From positions 82,781 through 146,780 of the forward strand of contig CBFHKU010000001.1 of NCBI GenBank assembly GCA_965656495.1: a DNA stretch of 64,000 nt, written 5' to 3'. Shown one piece after another: positions 62,604 through 64,000 of the stretch. The notes beneath the pieces are model-generated. The model made no database searches and was not told the DNA's origin. It was given only the letters and a program-made list of their open reading frames with translations. Each line of letters starts with the position of its first letter. Positions within the stretch are counted from its first letter, which is position 1. The translations under genes and the position numbers were made by a program. Origin of the DNA: Coraliomargaritaceae bacterium (GTDB taxonomy: Bacteria > Verrucomicrobiota > Verrucomicrobiia > Opitutales > Coraliomargaritaceae).

Positions 62604-64000
62604 ATGAAAAACAATGGGCAGGGTGGGGCGCGCAGACTCCGGCAGGGTGTGGTTTTGGGAATCCTCTTGCTGAGTTTTTTGTTGGGTGGCTTTGGCGGGG
62701 GTGCCTGGTTGGCGCTTTGGCCGAGTGTGGTGGCGCTGGGAACGGTTTTGTTGCTGCGGAGTGCCTTGCTGGGATTGCTGGTGGGCGCGGTGAGCGGCGC
62801 GATTCTGCTGGCGAGGGGCGATCCTTTGGCGGCGCTGGGGCATTTGTGGAGTCTGCAATTTTTGCCGATATTCGGGTCTTCCTGGAAGGTAAGTGCGCTG
62901 GTCTTTACCCTGATCTTGGGAGGATTTGTGGCGTTGGTGGAGGCGGGCGGTGGCTTGCAGGCATTGGTGCGGGGCTTGCTGGGTTCGGGGCAAGCCTGCG
63001 CGCGACGGATGCAGTCCACGGTCTTTGGTCTGGGCTTGTTGGTTTTTTTTGATGGTCTCGCCAACACAATGCTGGTGGGGCGTCTCTTGCGCAGTGCCGC
63101 CGATCGTGCGGGGGTCGCGCGCGTGAAGCTCGCTTATCTCGCGGATGTCACCGGTTCGGCGGTGGCGTGCCTCGCGTTCATCTCGACTTGGATTGCCTTT
63201 CAATTGGCGATGATACGGGAGGGGTATGCGGCCTTGGGTTTGGAGGTGAATGCCTACGCGCTCTTCTTCAAGTCTTTGCCGATGAATTTTTACTGCTGGT
63301 TTGCGCTGGTCTTGGCCTTGGTTTCGGTCTTCCGGGGTTTTAATCCCGGGTCGATGGGCCGGGCTGAACGGGCGGCGCGCCGGGACGTAAACCGGCTTGT
63401 GGGAGAAGCGCAGCCTTCGTCGGGAACCAAGGGGGCGTGGTTGGGCGCGATCGTGCCAATCGGGGTGCTGGCTTTTTCGGTGCCGGTTTTGACCTACTGG
63501 ATGGGTGCTGAATCGCTCTGGCCTATCAGTCTCTCAAAGTTTGCAACTGCCTACGCCGTTGCGGAGCAACACGTCCCTGTGATTCTCGTGGCATCCAGCG
63601 TGCTGGCTTCCCTTGTGGCAGCAGCGTTCCTTTTCATAGGCAAAACCGGGGCGGCGGTGAAGCAAGCGGCAGTGGGTCGGGTTTTTCTGGGCGGGGTGCG
63701 TGATTTGCTGGGGCCGCTCGCCATTCTGCTGGCGGCGTGGATGTTGGGCGCGGTGATAACAGAGCTCGGAGCCTCCGCCGTTCTTTCGAGTCTGCTCGGG
63801 GAACGTTTGCCCCTTGCGTGGATGCCCGCGCTCATCTTTTTGGCGGGTGCCCTGATTTCCTTTTCGACCGGAACTTCATGGGGAACGATGGCGGTGCTCA
63901 TGCCGCTTTCGATTCCGCTGGTTTTTGGCATGGCGGGGGAGTTGCCGGATTTGGAACGCGAGCATTATATCGTGGCGGCGATTGGGGCGGTTTTCAGCGG
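62604..64000 (+). CDS. Na+/H+ antiporter NhaC family transporter, runs off the right edge of the window
   Basis: Hand translation from ATG 62604: ...VFFDGLANTMLVG...KLAYLAD...ISTWIA...FSTGTSWGTMA, typical of the NhaC family. Not in the ORF track because there is no stop in the window. Confidence 0.85.
   Translation, partial: MKNNGQGGARRLRQGVVLGILLLSFLLGGFGGGAWLALWPSVVALGTVLLLRSALLGLLVGAVSGAILLARGDPLAALGHLWSLQFLPIFGSSWKVSALVFTLILGGFVALVEAGGGLQALVRGLLGSGQACARRMQSTVFGLGLLVFFDGLANTMLVGRLLRSAADRAGVARVKLAYLADVTGSAVACLAFISTWIAFQLAMIREGYAALGLEVNAYALFFKSLPMNFYCWFALVLALVSVFRGFNPGSMGRAERAARRDVNRLVGEAQPSSGTKGAWLGAIVPIGVLAFSVPVLTYWMGAESLWPISLSKFATAYAVAEQHVPVILVASSVLASLVAAAFLFIGKTGAAVKQAAVGRVFLGGVRDLLGPLAILLAAWMLGAVITELGASAVLSSLLGERLPLAWMPALIFLAGALISFSTGTSWGTMAVLMPLSIPLVFGMAGELPDLEREHYIVAAIGAVFS

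Overview
Bacterial chromosomal window, most likely Verrucomicrobiota (Opitutae/Puniceicoccaceae-like). This is an inference from the PEP-CTERM protein, large TonB-dependent receptors, DxDxDG..FYRIEV C-terminal tails and gene content. It is mostly housekeeping: oleCD, rpsU, rpsB-tsf, manC, ruvX, fmt, rpsO-pnp, parA, xerC, ccsA/resB, ychF, prfB (programmed +1 frameshift), glgP, gltX-glnS-galK-trpS and tRNA-Ser/Cys/Leu. Accessory material is interspersed: two large secreted proteases sharing a C-terminal tail, a ~1 kb ClpP-like islet bounded by a duplicated parA 3' end, a decayed tRNA-Cys islet with a Phd/PIN toxin-antitoxin pair, nested-palindrome REP-like clusters, a tRNA-Ser with both ends duplicated, and a poly-C frameshifted (probably phase-variable) PEP-CTERM gene. 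The best candidate for an undescribed system is a compact operon of two paralogous ~75-aa two-helix membrane proteins behind a highly structured leader (two hairpins with identical GCGU loops plus a stem occluding the Shine-Dalgarno). No CRISPR array and no intact transposase were seen. All calls come from reading the sequence by eye; no database searches were run.
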